From Convolutriloba macropyga (lineage: Eukaryota): a stretch of 64,000 nt of DNA. Below the pieces are notes generated by a model, which was given only the letters and a program-made list of their open reading frames with translations, was not told the origin of the DNA and did not search any database. Below, in pieces: positions 37,870 through 49,592 of the stretch. Location of the stretch: contig NC_134476.1 in assembly GCF_964194025.1 (NCBI RefSeq), positions 44,702,001 through 44,766,000 of the forward strand, in the 5' to 3' direction. Within the stretch, counting starts at the first letter, position 1, and the number at the start of each line of letters is the position of its first letter. The position numbers were made by a program, and so were the translations under genes.

Positions 37870-40740
37870 TCGCAGAAGCAGGGAAATTAATACTGCAACT
37901 GATCGCTGCTCCAAGGAGTGCAAGGCCAAGATGAGGAAGCGACAGTCATTGCGTTATTGAAAGATAACCACCACGAAGACAAAAAAAAATCAAGAGATGT
38001 TTGAATCAAAACATGGAGTAACCGCTTGTTGCCGTTGAATAGCTGGACAAACAGTGACATCTATAAAGTGACAAAATAGTCTCTCCGCGGGATATTAAAA
38101 ACTTGTAGGGCTAATTTTTTAATCTGCTATATAATCGAAAGATCTATAGGGCCGAGTCACCTTTGAATTCGTTCCACTGCGTCTTTTGTTTTGTCTATGA
38201 AATTGTTGAAGAGCATATATTCTGACCTGAGCTTGTTAATTTCTCTAGATTTTACCTCCATGCTAACGCCAGAGAGTAAACTTCTATCAGCGAAAATGAG
38301 TGACTCTCTTGAGTCCTCGACTTATTACTATTTTTCTTAAAATTGGCCTTCATAACACTTCAAAACAATTGATATTTTAGCCATGATTGAATCCCTAAGT
38401 TTTCAATAAATTGTTTTATTAAAATATTGATCATCTGAGTCGGCGAATGATAACTCATTTTCTATGATTTGCCTTCTTGATTTTTTAGCCATGGTTGAGT
38501 CCCTAGTTTTTACTCTATTTGATAGAAATCTTGATCAAAAGCAATCAAGATGATAATTTTTTCTCCAAAATTAATGCTCAAAAGGCTATTCTTATCTAAG
38601 TGCTCCGCGTGAAGGAAGGATTGGAGGGGAATTTGCAGTACTATTGATTCTTCGTTAGAAATACAATACTTCAAAAAATTTGAGTACATTCTGCGTAGGT
38701 TCTCAGTTAATGTCGTTTTTGATAAAAGTTTCTCATTGATATTTATTTCTCACCAGGAGCGAGCATATCAGAGTTCTCCGGTAATATGGCCACTTGAATG
38801 TATAATAACTGCCTACTATTTGAGATAACCTTGATTTTGGGCGATTTCAATGTCGTTCTCCAGCGATGCCAACCGCAATTGGCGTTCTTTTCCTGATGAG
38901 TTTAGCCTAGGGCTGCATGTTGATGCCTCTACGAACAAATGTGTTGTTATACTGCATCGTATAACTACAACTAATGGCGTAAAATTGACCATCTTGATGT
39001 CGGCAAATTTACGTGATCTGATTATGTTGTTCTCAGTGTATCATTATTCAAGGTAAGGAATGGATTTGAAGAAAACTTGATTTTCGGAACGGGAGGAACT
39101 TCGATACAAAAGCTTCTAGCAACTAATTGGTAAAGTGAACTCTTGAAGATGCAAAATCGTCCTGGCAAAATATGGTAAATGAGTAAATGAAAAGCATCCA
39201 CGTCGATCAAGTACTTTAAATGAACACGGCTGTCAGTTCTGCACTGCAATGGTTTATTGAAATTGTTGAAAAAAGCAGGAAAATGTGTACAAAAATGTCA
39301 ACGCTGCAAAGCAGAAGTCTATTTTTGAGTTTAATCACTTTGTATTTTGATACTTGGAAGAATATATTAAATATTTCTTGGGTTGTAGGGATTCAAATTA
39401 AAAAGTATGCTATGCTAAAGTAAATTTTAAGAGAAACTGACGGAAAGGTCCAAAGTAAGTTAGGAAGTATAGCCAACCTCGTTTAGCTGTGTAATATTTT
39501 TTTTTGTTTGATAGGTTCTTATTGAAGATCAAATAGGTTCTTAAAGCTGTGCCCTATGAAGGTAGAGTAATTGTTGATCACCCATGTGCCATGGCATTGG
39601 TGTCTTTCATTGAGCTCTCAGACAACGATGTTTTAACTCTATGTTCGAGATATCAATTAGGTTTTCTAGTGATATCTTTCCTTATAATTTTTACAGGGTT
39701 TTGATGAAGCATAGCATCTACTGCGTGACTAAATGCTTAATTTGGCGTTCGCCTTGGATTATTCTCCCGAAGACTTAATAGAAGACATTGCCATCACAGA
39801 AGGCATTTATAGATTTTATAAAACTACCGGCCTGTAACCAACCTGCGCCTTCTAACTTAGTTTAAAAAGCTGGTTATGAACAAATGGCACATCTGGAATC
39901 ATTTTTTAGTGAATACCAGAGTGTTTCTATGATTTCGTTTTCTACCGAAACAGTTTTCCCGAGAATCTAAAATGATCTTTTATCTTTTTTAGACAAATAT
40001 AAGTCAGTTTTTTTTACTGTAAAGTTGATGTCTTGTGCTTTTAATATCATTGCTCCTGATGTTTTGCTCTCTTCTCTCCAACCGTCGTGGAAAACGTGTA
40101 ATTGCCCAACCACTCTCAAAAATTTGCCATGAATGGAGTCTTTTCTAATGGAACAAATGTCGACAGCAGTTCCACATGGATCAGTTTTGGATCCACTGCT
40201 TTTTTGTCTTCTGCGTTTAGAAGATAAATATTTAATACTGGATTTGAACAATCATTCTTCTGCTGCTAATATTGCTATTTTTGTATTTGTTTCATCGATT
40301 TTGCAAAGTAATTTTAATTATGTTTACAGCAGTGTGGACTTACTGTTCGCTGGAGCAAAATTAAAACAACACAGAAACTGAGTCTATGATCGTCAGCAAA
40401 AGTGATGAAAGTGCAACTTGTATGATCTACCTCGAAATGCATAGTTTGCTGAAATTGTTGAATTGCTGGGTTTTCATTTTGATTGTAACTTTAAGTTTGT
40501 TCGGCAGATCATTTGGGTCTGTTCAATTTCATATATTTTTTAAAAAAATTGTGTTCGACGCGGTCTCTAGTACTATCGAGTGTTGACTACTGTAATTGTA
40601 TTTTTGCCTGTCAAATTGCTTGCTTGGTAAGCTACAGCTCATTTTCATGCTTGTATACGATTGATGTTCTACCTAATGTAGGAAAGACCTGTCTTAGAAA
40701 GTTTTACTAGCTTCCCGAGAGGAAACGTGTATTATTCTGT
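37870..40740 (+). mobile_element. Degenerate L2/CR1-like LINE
   Basis: ILGDFN endonuclease relic (~38835) and RT relic TAVPHGSVLDPLLF (40133..40381). Confidence 0.65.
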
Positions 40741-40749
40741 TGCATTTAC

Positions 40750-43290
40750 CATCTTCCGGGAAGCGTTTTCATTGCAATTATTGCAGTGTTATGCGAACTC
40801 AGTGTGTTTAATTTTTTTTCGCAAGGAAACTCATCTTTTCTAATGGCAAATAATCTATCCTTCAGAGTGATAATTGAACGGAATAAATTGTTCTTCGAGC
40901 TTAGTAGAAAACTTCAACATTTCTTTTTTGATTCTTCTGCCCCGTTGACGGTATTTAGTGATTTTATTGAAATATTAAGAACGGCGATAATAAGAAATGG
41001 AGTTAAAATAAAAAGTAATGAAACAAGGTATAGGGTTAAAGTACTACAAGAAGAGAAAAACTTACAGAAAAGGTCATAGTTAAAACTTTGAGCCAATTTA
41101 AACATTAATTAAAATAATTTTTGATTAGAACTATTTTCTGAAATAAGTGTCTTTGCTGACTGTCGAAAGAGATTTCTTCATATCTTATTTTTGTACCCTT
41201 ACTAATTCGCCAGCTTTCCCTGTGGTTGACTTCCTGTTTAGCTACTTTGAGATACTCTTTTATTTATAACAGCTTACTGTGGGCTATTGATCCGGACCAA
41301 GGAAAACAAAAAACTGAAAATGAAAGCATATTAAGAGGGTAAGAAAAAACGAGTAAAAATGTAATAAATACAAATATAATATTAATAATGAGACCGAGGT
41401 AAAAGTTTTATAGTTTTAAAACAGCCTGAGATGCAAGTATCCATTTGAAAGAGCTTGTGTCTTGGGTGTGAGGAATGGTAATTATTACTTGCAGTGCTCA
41501 AAATCCTTGGCATCATGTCGTGCATCGTGAGAATGCTCCAGGAACACTGGGTCCCGAGCAAGGGAAGATGCAAGGGCTCGGGGGGGCAGAGCTTCGCATT
41601 GCTGTGTGGGGCCATTGTCTTGAGGTGGTTGAAGATATTTTTTTTTCTTCCTTAGGGGGCGTGGTTCACTAATGTCCTAAATCAAGTCATTGGAAGTACA
41701 AGTTCATAATTCTTATAGATCCTGTGGAGAGCAGTATCCCGGGTATGCACAGTATTTGAGATAGTCGCTGACTTTGTTTGCCAATGCAAAGGAGAATTTT
41801 ATGTGCTAAGTTTTGCTGGTAAATTTTGAATTTATAGGGAACTGAACACATGTTGTTTGGAAATCACGTTCGGGTCCTTCTGTGTACTAGTCTTCGAACT
41901 AGCCAATACTAATATGGAAGGCTGTGATTTTGAGTGGCTAGTCTGGAAGGGGAGCGAGATAATTTATTCCTCGGGAACGTGAATCTCAAGGTCGTTAATT
42001 TGGGCAATTGTGAATTGATGAAAATTATTTGAAAAAATGATGAAAAAATTTTTCATTGAAATTTTTGCAGTTTTATGCGAACGCAGTATGCCTAATTTTT
42101 TTGTCGCAAGGAAGCTCATCTTTTTTTATGGCAGATAATCTATCCTTTAAAGTGATAATTGAACGAAATAAATTGCTCCTCGACTTGAGAAGAAAACTTC
42201 AACCATTCTTTTTTGATTCTTCTGCCACGTTGAGTGTATATTTAGTGCTATAGAAATAATGAAAACAGCGATAATAAGAAATTGAGATAAAATAAAAAGT
42301 AAAGAAGCAATTTATAGGGTTAAAGTACTACAAGAAGAGAAAGACTTACAGAAAAACTCTGAGCCAATTTAAACATTAATTTCAATAATTTTTAATTAGA
42401 ACTAACTTCTGAAATAATTGTGTCCTTGCTGAGTGCCCAAAGAGATTTCTGCATATCTTATTTTCTACTCTTACGATTCGCCAATTTTCCTTGTGGTCGA
42501 CTTCATTTTTAGCTACTGTGAGCTACTCTTTTATTTATAACAGCTTACTTTGGTCTATTGATCCGGACCAAGCATAACAAAAAACTGAAAATGAAAGCAT
42601 GTTAAGAGAGTAAGAAGAAAGGAGTAATAATGTAATAAATGCAATATAAGATTAATAATGAGGCCGAGGTAAAAAGTTTTATAGTTTTAAAACAGTCTGA
42701 GATGCAATTATCCAATTGAAAGAGCTGTCTTGGTTGTAGGGAATGGTTTCTATTACTTGCAGTGCTCAAAATCCTGGGCATCATGTCGTGCATCGCGAGA
42801 ATGCTCCAGGAACACTGGGTCCCGAGCAAGGGAAGATGCAAGGGCTCTGGGGGCAGAGCTCCGCATTGCAGTGTGGGGCCATTGTCTTGAGGTGGTTGAA
42901 GATATTTTTTTCTCTTCCGTAGGGGGCGTGGTTCACTAATGTCCTAAATCCAGTCATTGGAGGTAGAACGGGTCATACTTCTGGCATACCCAGTGGAGAG
43001 CAGTATCCCTGGTGCGCATAGTATTGAGATGGTCGCTGTTTTTGTTTGCCAACGCAAAGGAGTATTTTATGTGCAAAATTTTGCCGGTGAATTTTGAATT
43101 TATAGGGAACTGAACACATGTTGTTTGAGGATAACGGTCGGGTCCTTCTTCTGTGTACTCGTTTTCGAACTGGCCAATACTAATATGGCAGTGATTTTGA
43201 GTGGTTAGTCTGAAGGGGGAGCGAGATAAATTATTCCTCAAGAACGTGAATCTCGTGTTCGTAAATTTGTAGGACGTTAGTGAATTGATG
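40750..43290. repeat. Diverged ~1.27-kb tandem duplication (40750-41990 / 42050-43290), possible pseudo-LTRs of the adjacent Penelope-like element
   Basis: Paired ORFs 41382/42602, 41475/42730 and 40786/42056. Confidence 0.85.
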
Positions 43291-45600
43291 AAAACAGAAA
43301 TTCGGTCAAGCTTAGCGGTGCAGAGTGCTCTGTACGCAAAAAGTCGGCTGGTTCTTGGCATCTGTACAGAGGTAGGGGGTCACTGTGGTAGACTAAACGA
43401 CAGTTACAAATGAAGATCAGCATCTCATGTCGGAGTATATGGGGATACCTGACTGCTGAGGTGTCTGTCGGGTGCCTTGAAAAACATCAGTGTGTAACTG
43501 ACGTCTTTCTCGTTTTCGTGGCGGAGAAGTTTCGGGTACGTAGATCCTGATAGTCTGAAGCGATTTGTTGTTTGTTGGAGTGACATGAATGTTTGCTCTG
43601 ATAGTTTTGTAAAAAAACTGACAGGCGTTGTGAGGATTGTTGCTGTGGATATGTTTTATACATATCACATGTTAATCGTGATGAGTGGTTATTTGAGGAT
43701 GAGGATTTGGGCCACGAGGAGAAGGTGGTTGTGTTTTTATCGTGAGAGGGATTTCACTGGTAATGTCGGAACAGGATGTTGGTGTCAGGTGAGAGTAAGG
43801 AGATCTAAGGTCTAGACTTGAAGAGGTGGTGGGGCCGCGTTTGCGATGGGGATAGTAAAGTCGGAGAAAACTTGTACATTATTGATATTCTTTGAAATAA
43901 ATGTGAGCAAACGTACAATGATTAATATTTGTTTATTGGTGGCCATAGCTTTGAAAAACCATCAAGATTTGATTTAGGGGGTTAATGTAATTATCCTTAA
44001 TTGAGTATCAAGTTTTACTGGGTCTAAAGATTCTGCTGTGCTTTCACTTATTCGTTTTTCATGATATTCGTGATGTTCGTATGGAACGTGGAACATCATT
44101 TATATTAACATATAAAGACACCAAGATTTGTGATAAGACTTTTTCGTATTAAAGGGTTAAAGATGTTGCTCGTCTCGTGAACGATGAAGTTTAGGGCAGC
44201 ATTGTTGCCGTGTAGTTATAAGACGTCAACCTTTTAGAAGGTCTACTTTGGCACTCGGTTATATGCGCTGTTCATGTCGGCTACTGCGATAATCAATCCT
44301 TTAATTCTTGTTAAGATTATTTGTTTTGGCTGAATCGGCCAATTACATTTTGTTTCATCTATCGTAATTAATTCTCGAGCTTCTGAAACTTAAAAGGATT
44401 CACCCTTCTGCAGTATATGCATTGAGTTTATGAAGTTATTCCCTGTACTGAGGGAGGAGTGTTTTGCTGGTGCTGCTATAACAAATCGATTAAGAATATT
44501 ACTTTCTCTTAATTGTAGTGGCTTGCGACTTGTATATATTGCTTTTTATTTAATGAGTGTTTTAGTGGTAAATTTAATTCTTTATTTTCCCTATATTGAA
44601 TTTTTAATAGCCTAACATTGTTGTTACTGTAGCAAGAGATTTGCTGCTTCGTTAAAGCGTTCTCCTATTAACTTCGCGTGTTCAACGTTTAACATTTGTA
44701 CAAATTTAACTTCTTCCTTAGTTTTAGAAGAGAAATCAGATGGAATATTAAATATTTGTTTTCCTAGGATAAATTTGTCTCTTCCCTGTTAATCGATATG
44801 AAGACAATGTGTTTTTTGAACGGCTATTACTTTGATAATTAGAAAGATAAGAGTCTAGAAACTCTGACTTCGATAACTTTTTAAATGAGTATCAGTGTCG
44901 TTAGGTGAGACATCTTGTTCTGAACAAACAATTAGTCAACGTTTAGGAGAGAGTTTGAAGGAATATTGTTGTAAAAGATCTGAACAAAGAATTGGTATGG
45001 GTATTCCATAAAATTTTCATACGGCTATTAATTTCTTATGATGACAGTTTGTAGGTCAATATGACACAACTTGTTATAAAAACTGTTCTTCTGTGAGGTT
45101 TTCTGTTTCAGTTGTGTCTGTTGTAGATGGTTTCTATGTTGTCTGTGTACTGTTTGCTTTATTTTTTTTTCTGAGCTTCTATGACGAGAGGAACCTCTGT
45201 TATCTGCGTTTGCTTCTTGAGCGATATGGTAATGGAATAGGTTTGCCTGCTATTAGAGGCTGCAATCAATATTGGTTTTGATTTCCTTTTGTCGCCTGAT
45301 TAAATATTTGTTCAGAAACTATAATTGTGGTTGATTCGCTGTTTGTGTGAATTTGGGAAAGTAGAAGTACTATGGTTTGATCTGGAGCAGTTTTAAATTT
45401 TTTATATATGTATGCTTTCCTTGAAATTCGGGGGTTAAGAGCATTGACTAGTGCGTCATTCGTGTGATTCTTATATCGTGTGTGTGCTGTCAACGTATGC
45501 TTTTGAAGCCATTTTTTTCAATTTCAAGGGCGAGTTTTTATCTGTTCTTCTGAGGCTAGGGTAATGCCTTTAAGGAGAAGTTGAGATGTCAAATGTCTTT
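42950..45600 (-). mobile_element. Heavily decayed Penelope-like retroelement
   Basis: Weak relics in the expected order: PSVQG..KL (P.LYG..K.HK, ~44440), KVDV (YVDD, ~44225), QQSGI..Y and FICNC..Y (GIY-YIG-like, ~43390-43460). The 3' part overlaps the tandem duplication. Confidence 0.4.
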
Positions 45601-46930
45601 TGGAACTCTGCAATTAATTTCGGCTGGTAAATATAAAACTGTTTTTTGGATGAGCCTGCACATTTCTTATCAAACTTCGCCATATGAGCCATGTCAAAAG
45701 TTTGAGTACTTCTAGAGTATATTTCTGTTAATTAGCGTATTGAAAACTTTTTTTATGAAATAATCATTGAAATGATGGAAACCCTCACTTATTTGGCTCT
45801 TTTACGAGCACTGGCATCTCTTTAAAAATTAGTCTTCATTTATGGCGATGATGCAAAACGTTTAAGAAATCAAATTAATGATTGCCTAAATTGATCATTA
45901 TGTGTGGAATTTATTGTAAGGCCGTGCTTACTTAGAAACAGAATTCATCTGTTAATGCAATGTTAGCCATCGATAGTTGCTGTATTTTCTCCCTTCTTTG
46001 TTCACTGTTCTGTAAGGAGAATAACTCTTGTTGTTTAAAAAGCGCCTTCTGAAAATAGGGGTTCCAGTGTAAATTTGTTTGCCAAAGAAGGCGCGAATAA
46101 TTTCTGAATGATTATTTATTGTGCGACTGTTTTCTGAATTTTGCTGCAAATATTTTATTGTTTCCAACAAGTAATAAAAGTGATAACTTTATACCACTCA
46201 GCTGCTAAATTTGTGTGAGGGGCGGTCTTGAAACTAGATTATTATAGAGCTCGTAACCTGAAAAACCAGAGTCTGGGATTTACTTTTCACACTTTAAATC
46301 TAAAAGTCATGAAAACGTCAGCAAAAATGACTATCACTTACTTATTCGAGTTTAATTGAGGGTATTAGTTGAGTACAACTGAGCTACTGCTTAGTGCTAC
46401 GAAGCGCTTGTTTTAACCCATATTCTGTTGTTCTGATTTTAACGGCCATCATAGATTGATGGATCGTTTCTATTTCACCTGAGACAAGTTCACCTGAATT
46501 TATTACAGCAATTAGGCATAAATATGGCTGAATATTTTTAGGGTTTTTTTTGATCAATACTTGGATTTGGATGGCGCAACGACTCAATCGCAGCTCTTTT
46601 CAGGCTATCACCCGGCTATTTTTAGAATCTTAGAATAAAAAGTACTGATTATATTGTAGTATAAGGAGCATTGATGGGAAAGGGAACGACCCTAAGGTAC
46701 TTCAAGACAGTAGTATTGGCTACTGAAGTCTTGAACGCTAATATTTTCACACTCCTGTGAACTCTCATTATTTTAGCTTTGATTTGAATCTTGTTGATAA
46801 ACAAGATTTTTAGAAAGATTTGGGAATATTTGGTTTGTTAACGAATTAAAACGGTTGGGCGAGATAAACAAAAAGCAGTTCTGCCTGAATTTTTTTTCAT
46901 AAATTCTTGATGCATGAAAGTTATTAATTC

Positions 46931-47114
46931 AGATCTTTACCGTTTGTGCCCCCCCCCCCCCCCCAGCTTAGTGGGTTCATATTATTTGCACCCCCAGAAG
47001 CACGTGCAATATTTTGACGTAGTGAGTTACCATGCAATCATATGTGCCCTTCAATTGGGGGGAGCATAACGTACTGGGGGGGGGGGGGGGGGGGGGCACA
47101 AACGGAAAAGATCC
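46931..47114. mobile_element. MITE of the same family, 8-bp TSD ATTAATTC
   Basis: AGATCTTTACCGTTTGTGCCCC...GGGGCACAAACGGAAAAGATCC; TSD at 46923-46930 and 47115-47122. Confidence 0.9.
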
Positions 47115-47205
47115 ATTAATTCTTTAAAAGTATTTCGTAGTTTTAAACAGAACTTTTGTACCGTGGAGGATGGAAAGCCCATTAAAGGTTAGTATTATAG
47201 GAGAA

Positions 47206-47318
47206 GGGTCTTTACCATTATATAGCCCCCCTCCACCCCAGCTTAGTTTGTAGATAATCTACAACCCCCATCATGTTGAGTATACCATAATGGGGGGGGG
47301 CTATAATTGGAAAGACCC
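47206..47318. mobile_element. Related MITE subfamily (GGGTCTTT TIRs), TSD TAGGAGAA/CAGGAGAA
   Basis: Inverted ends, a 7/8-matching 8-bp flanking duplication and the shared CCCCAGCTTAGT internal motif. Confidence 0.75.
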
Positions 47319-48129
47319 CAGGAGAATAGGGCCTTGACGAAAAGATTTTAGTGTGTAATATTTAACCTTGTTGTTCGGACAATGGCTTAGCAGTTGCCTT
47401 GGTAGAAGTATGATAGTTCTTTTGGAATACGTTGCTCCAGGTTCTGTTGAAACTGGCATCATATAGTGTTGAGTAGGGCTTCGCAGGTGCTTCCTCTCTA
47501 GAGGTGTAGGCTTTCCTTTTCTCCCGTGTTGTATTCAGAGGGTTACGAAGTCCTCTTGGGAATTTGTTGTCATCCATGGGAAAGTAATTGTTAATTTAGT
47601 TTAATCACTGTAAGTTCAGAATACGCGCAGTTTGTGAAAATCGACAAAGATGAGCACTCGTTGTGTTCATTGGCACGTGCTTTATTTTGAAAATTTGATC
47701 TGCCTCCTTTTCAGTAGGTATGTTTTGATGAAAGTAGTTTAGGTCAAAATACCAGTTCAGCTGAATGGTTCTTTTAGAGATGGCCACAGTTCCTCCCCTC
47801 TCCTCTCCGTATTGAAATGTTTTACAATAGGATTTTGAAGCTATTCTGTTTCGATCCCCAGGCCACTCGTGACCCCATTACAAATTATGTGATGTTACAT
47901 ATCACGCTATTGTGTAAAAAACAGCGCTGGGGCGTAAAAGTTATGCCCATCAATCTTGGGTGATAGATCCTGAATTTTAAATTGCTCTCGAACGAAGTTT
48001 GAAGCAATTATTGTAAACTTGTGCGTCCTTGTTATGCAAAATTTTCACACGTGACTTCTTAATTTTTGTGTGATTTCAATTGCTCTTATTCCGAATTAAA
48101 ATAATTTTAATTTATTGCTAAAATACAAG

Positions 48130-48291
48130 GGCTGGGTCCCCCCCCCAGTACGTTATGCACCCCCCCCCCCCAGTTACAGCACGTGTCGTTGCATAGTTAA
48201 TCATTATGTGGCACGTGCGTCTCTGGGGGTGCAAATAATATGCACTCTACTAAGCTGGCGGGGGGGGGGGGGGCACAAATGGAAAAGATCC
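48130..48291. mobile_element. MITE family copy, inverted and truncated at one end
   Basis: Ends in GGGGCACAAATGGAAAAGATCC; the interior is the reverse complement of 46931-47114. Confidence 0.8.
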
Positions 48292-48338
48292 AAAGCGCTT
48301 GTGAGCGATTGATCTTTTCTAACCCGTTATATCGTAGT

Positions 48339-48549
48339 AGTAGTAGTAGCTGAGCAGACCTGGGGGGGGGGGGGTAAAAGGATGTACCTATGTATTAACA
48401 TCTATTTTCGTCCAATTTCCAAAGATGTACCTAAAAAGAGAGTGAGAACAATAGACCTGTCATCTTATCGTAATTACCCAGGGATAATTATCTTAATTGC
48501 CCCAGGGAAATGCATCCGCTCTAATGCACTTCAGCTAATCTTATCTACT
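48339..48549 (+). repeat. Left terminal inverted repeat (211 bp)
   Basis: Reverse complement of 62736-62958 except four substitutions, a 10-bp indel and poly-G length (13 vs 15). Confidence 0.97.
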
Positions 48550-48749
48550 AAATAAATTATATCAGCAGAACTTTTACTTTTAATCATTTTAAGATTTTAT
48601 TCATTCGCGCATACCTATCACAACTATAACTTTCGTTCATTCATTTACATGTGGAGAATGCTATTTTATCATTTTCAATTGTAGTTCAACAGAATTTACA
48701 CGATTTTGTGCTGATATACAAAATTTTTGACAATTTTACCATTTTTTTT

Positions 48750-48935
48750 TTCCAAAAATACCCAATTTTTCCCAAAAATAACCAATTATTGGCAAAAATA
48801 CCCAATTCTTCCCAAAAAATACCCAATTCTGGCCAAAAAATACCCAATTTTTATCAAAAAATACCCAATTCCTGGCAAAAACACCCAATTCGTGGCCAAA
48901 AATTAACCAGATAGAGCACAAAATACCCAGTGTTT
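48750..48935 (+). repeat. Subterminal ~21-bp tandem repeat (AAAAATACCCAATT core)
   Basis: About nine consecutive copies. Confidence 0.9.
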
Positions 48936-49204
48936 TTAACATATTTCAAAAAATTACCCTAAAATTCAAAGAAATTTACTCAAATTTGTCTAATTTCTTC
49001 CCATTATTCCCACAATTTTGTAATTTCAGAACCTTACAAGTTTCAAAATCTTTATTGTAATAACGAAATCTCTCACGTGATCGCATTGGTTTTGTATGGA
49101 GGTAAATGACCTCTGATTTGTGAATACCCAATAACAAATCTGTGCCATCTATTAATAATCATAAAATTCTCACGTGATTAGACAATTAGTCTCTGAATTG
49201 ACAA

Positions 49205-49392
49205 AAATACGTCGTAGTAGCGTCACAATTACGTTATATTATCGTCACAATTACTCATAACAACATCACAATTACATCATACTATCGTCACAATTACGCC
49301 ATAGTGTTGTCATAATTACGTCATGATGTCGTCATAATTACGTTATAGTGTTGTCTGTATTACGTCATAATATCGTCATAATTACGTCAAAT
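49205..49392 (+). repeat. ~22-bp tandem repeat (GTCAYAATTACGT core) upstream of pPolB; possible regulatory array
   Basis: About nine copies containing TTACGTCA (CRE/ATF-like); CACGTG boxes at ~49074 and ~49151. Confidence 0.75.
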
Positions 49393-49592
49393 CTGATTAC
49401 GAAGTTCTTTATCATTTTTATTCATTTTTCATTTGTTTGATTTTAAACGTTCAGTGCAGTTGAATAAAAAATTCCTCACAATTTCTAGCAATCCGATTTA
49501 TTCCGTCACAAATTTTATTTCTACATTCTGTTTTACTCTGTTTCTATCTCACTTCTTATATTAGTTTTCCATTAATCTACTTTTCAGATAAA

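Noticed and set aside
41150-41175. Hammerhead ribozyme core (CTGA...GAAA)
   Set aside because: It lacks the full CTGANGA core and is not conserved in the duplicate copy.
47362-47787. Two short minus-strand ORFs
   Set aside because: No assignable motif or clear splice structure.
48651-48942. ORFs with repeated QKIPNS/NWVFF
   Set aside because: Translations of the 21-bp subterminal repeat.
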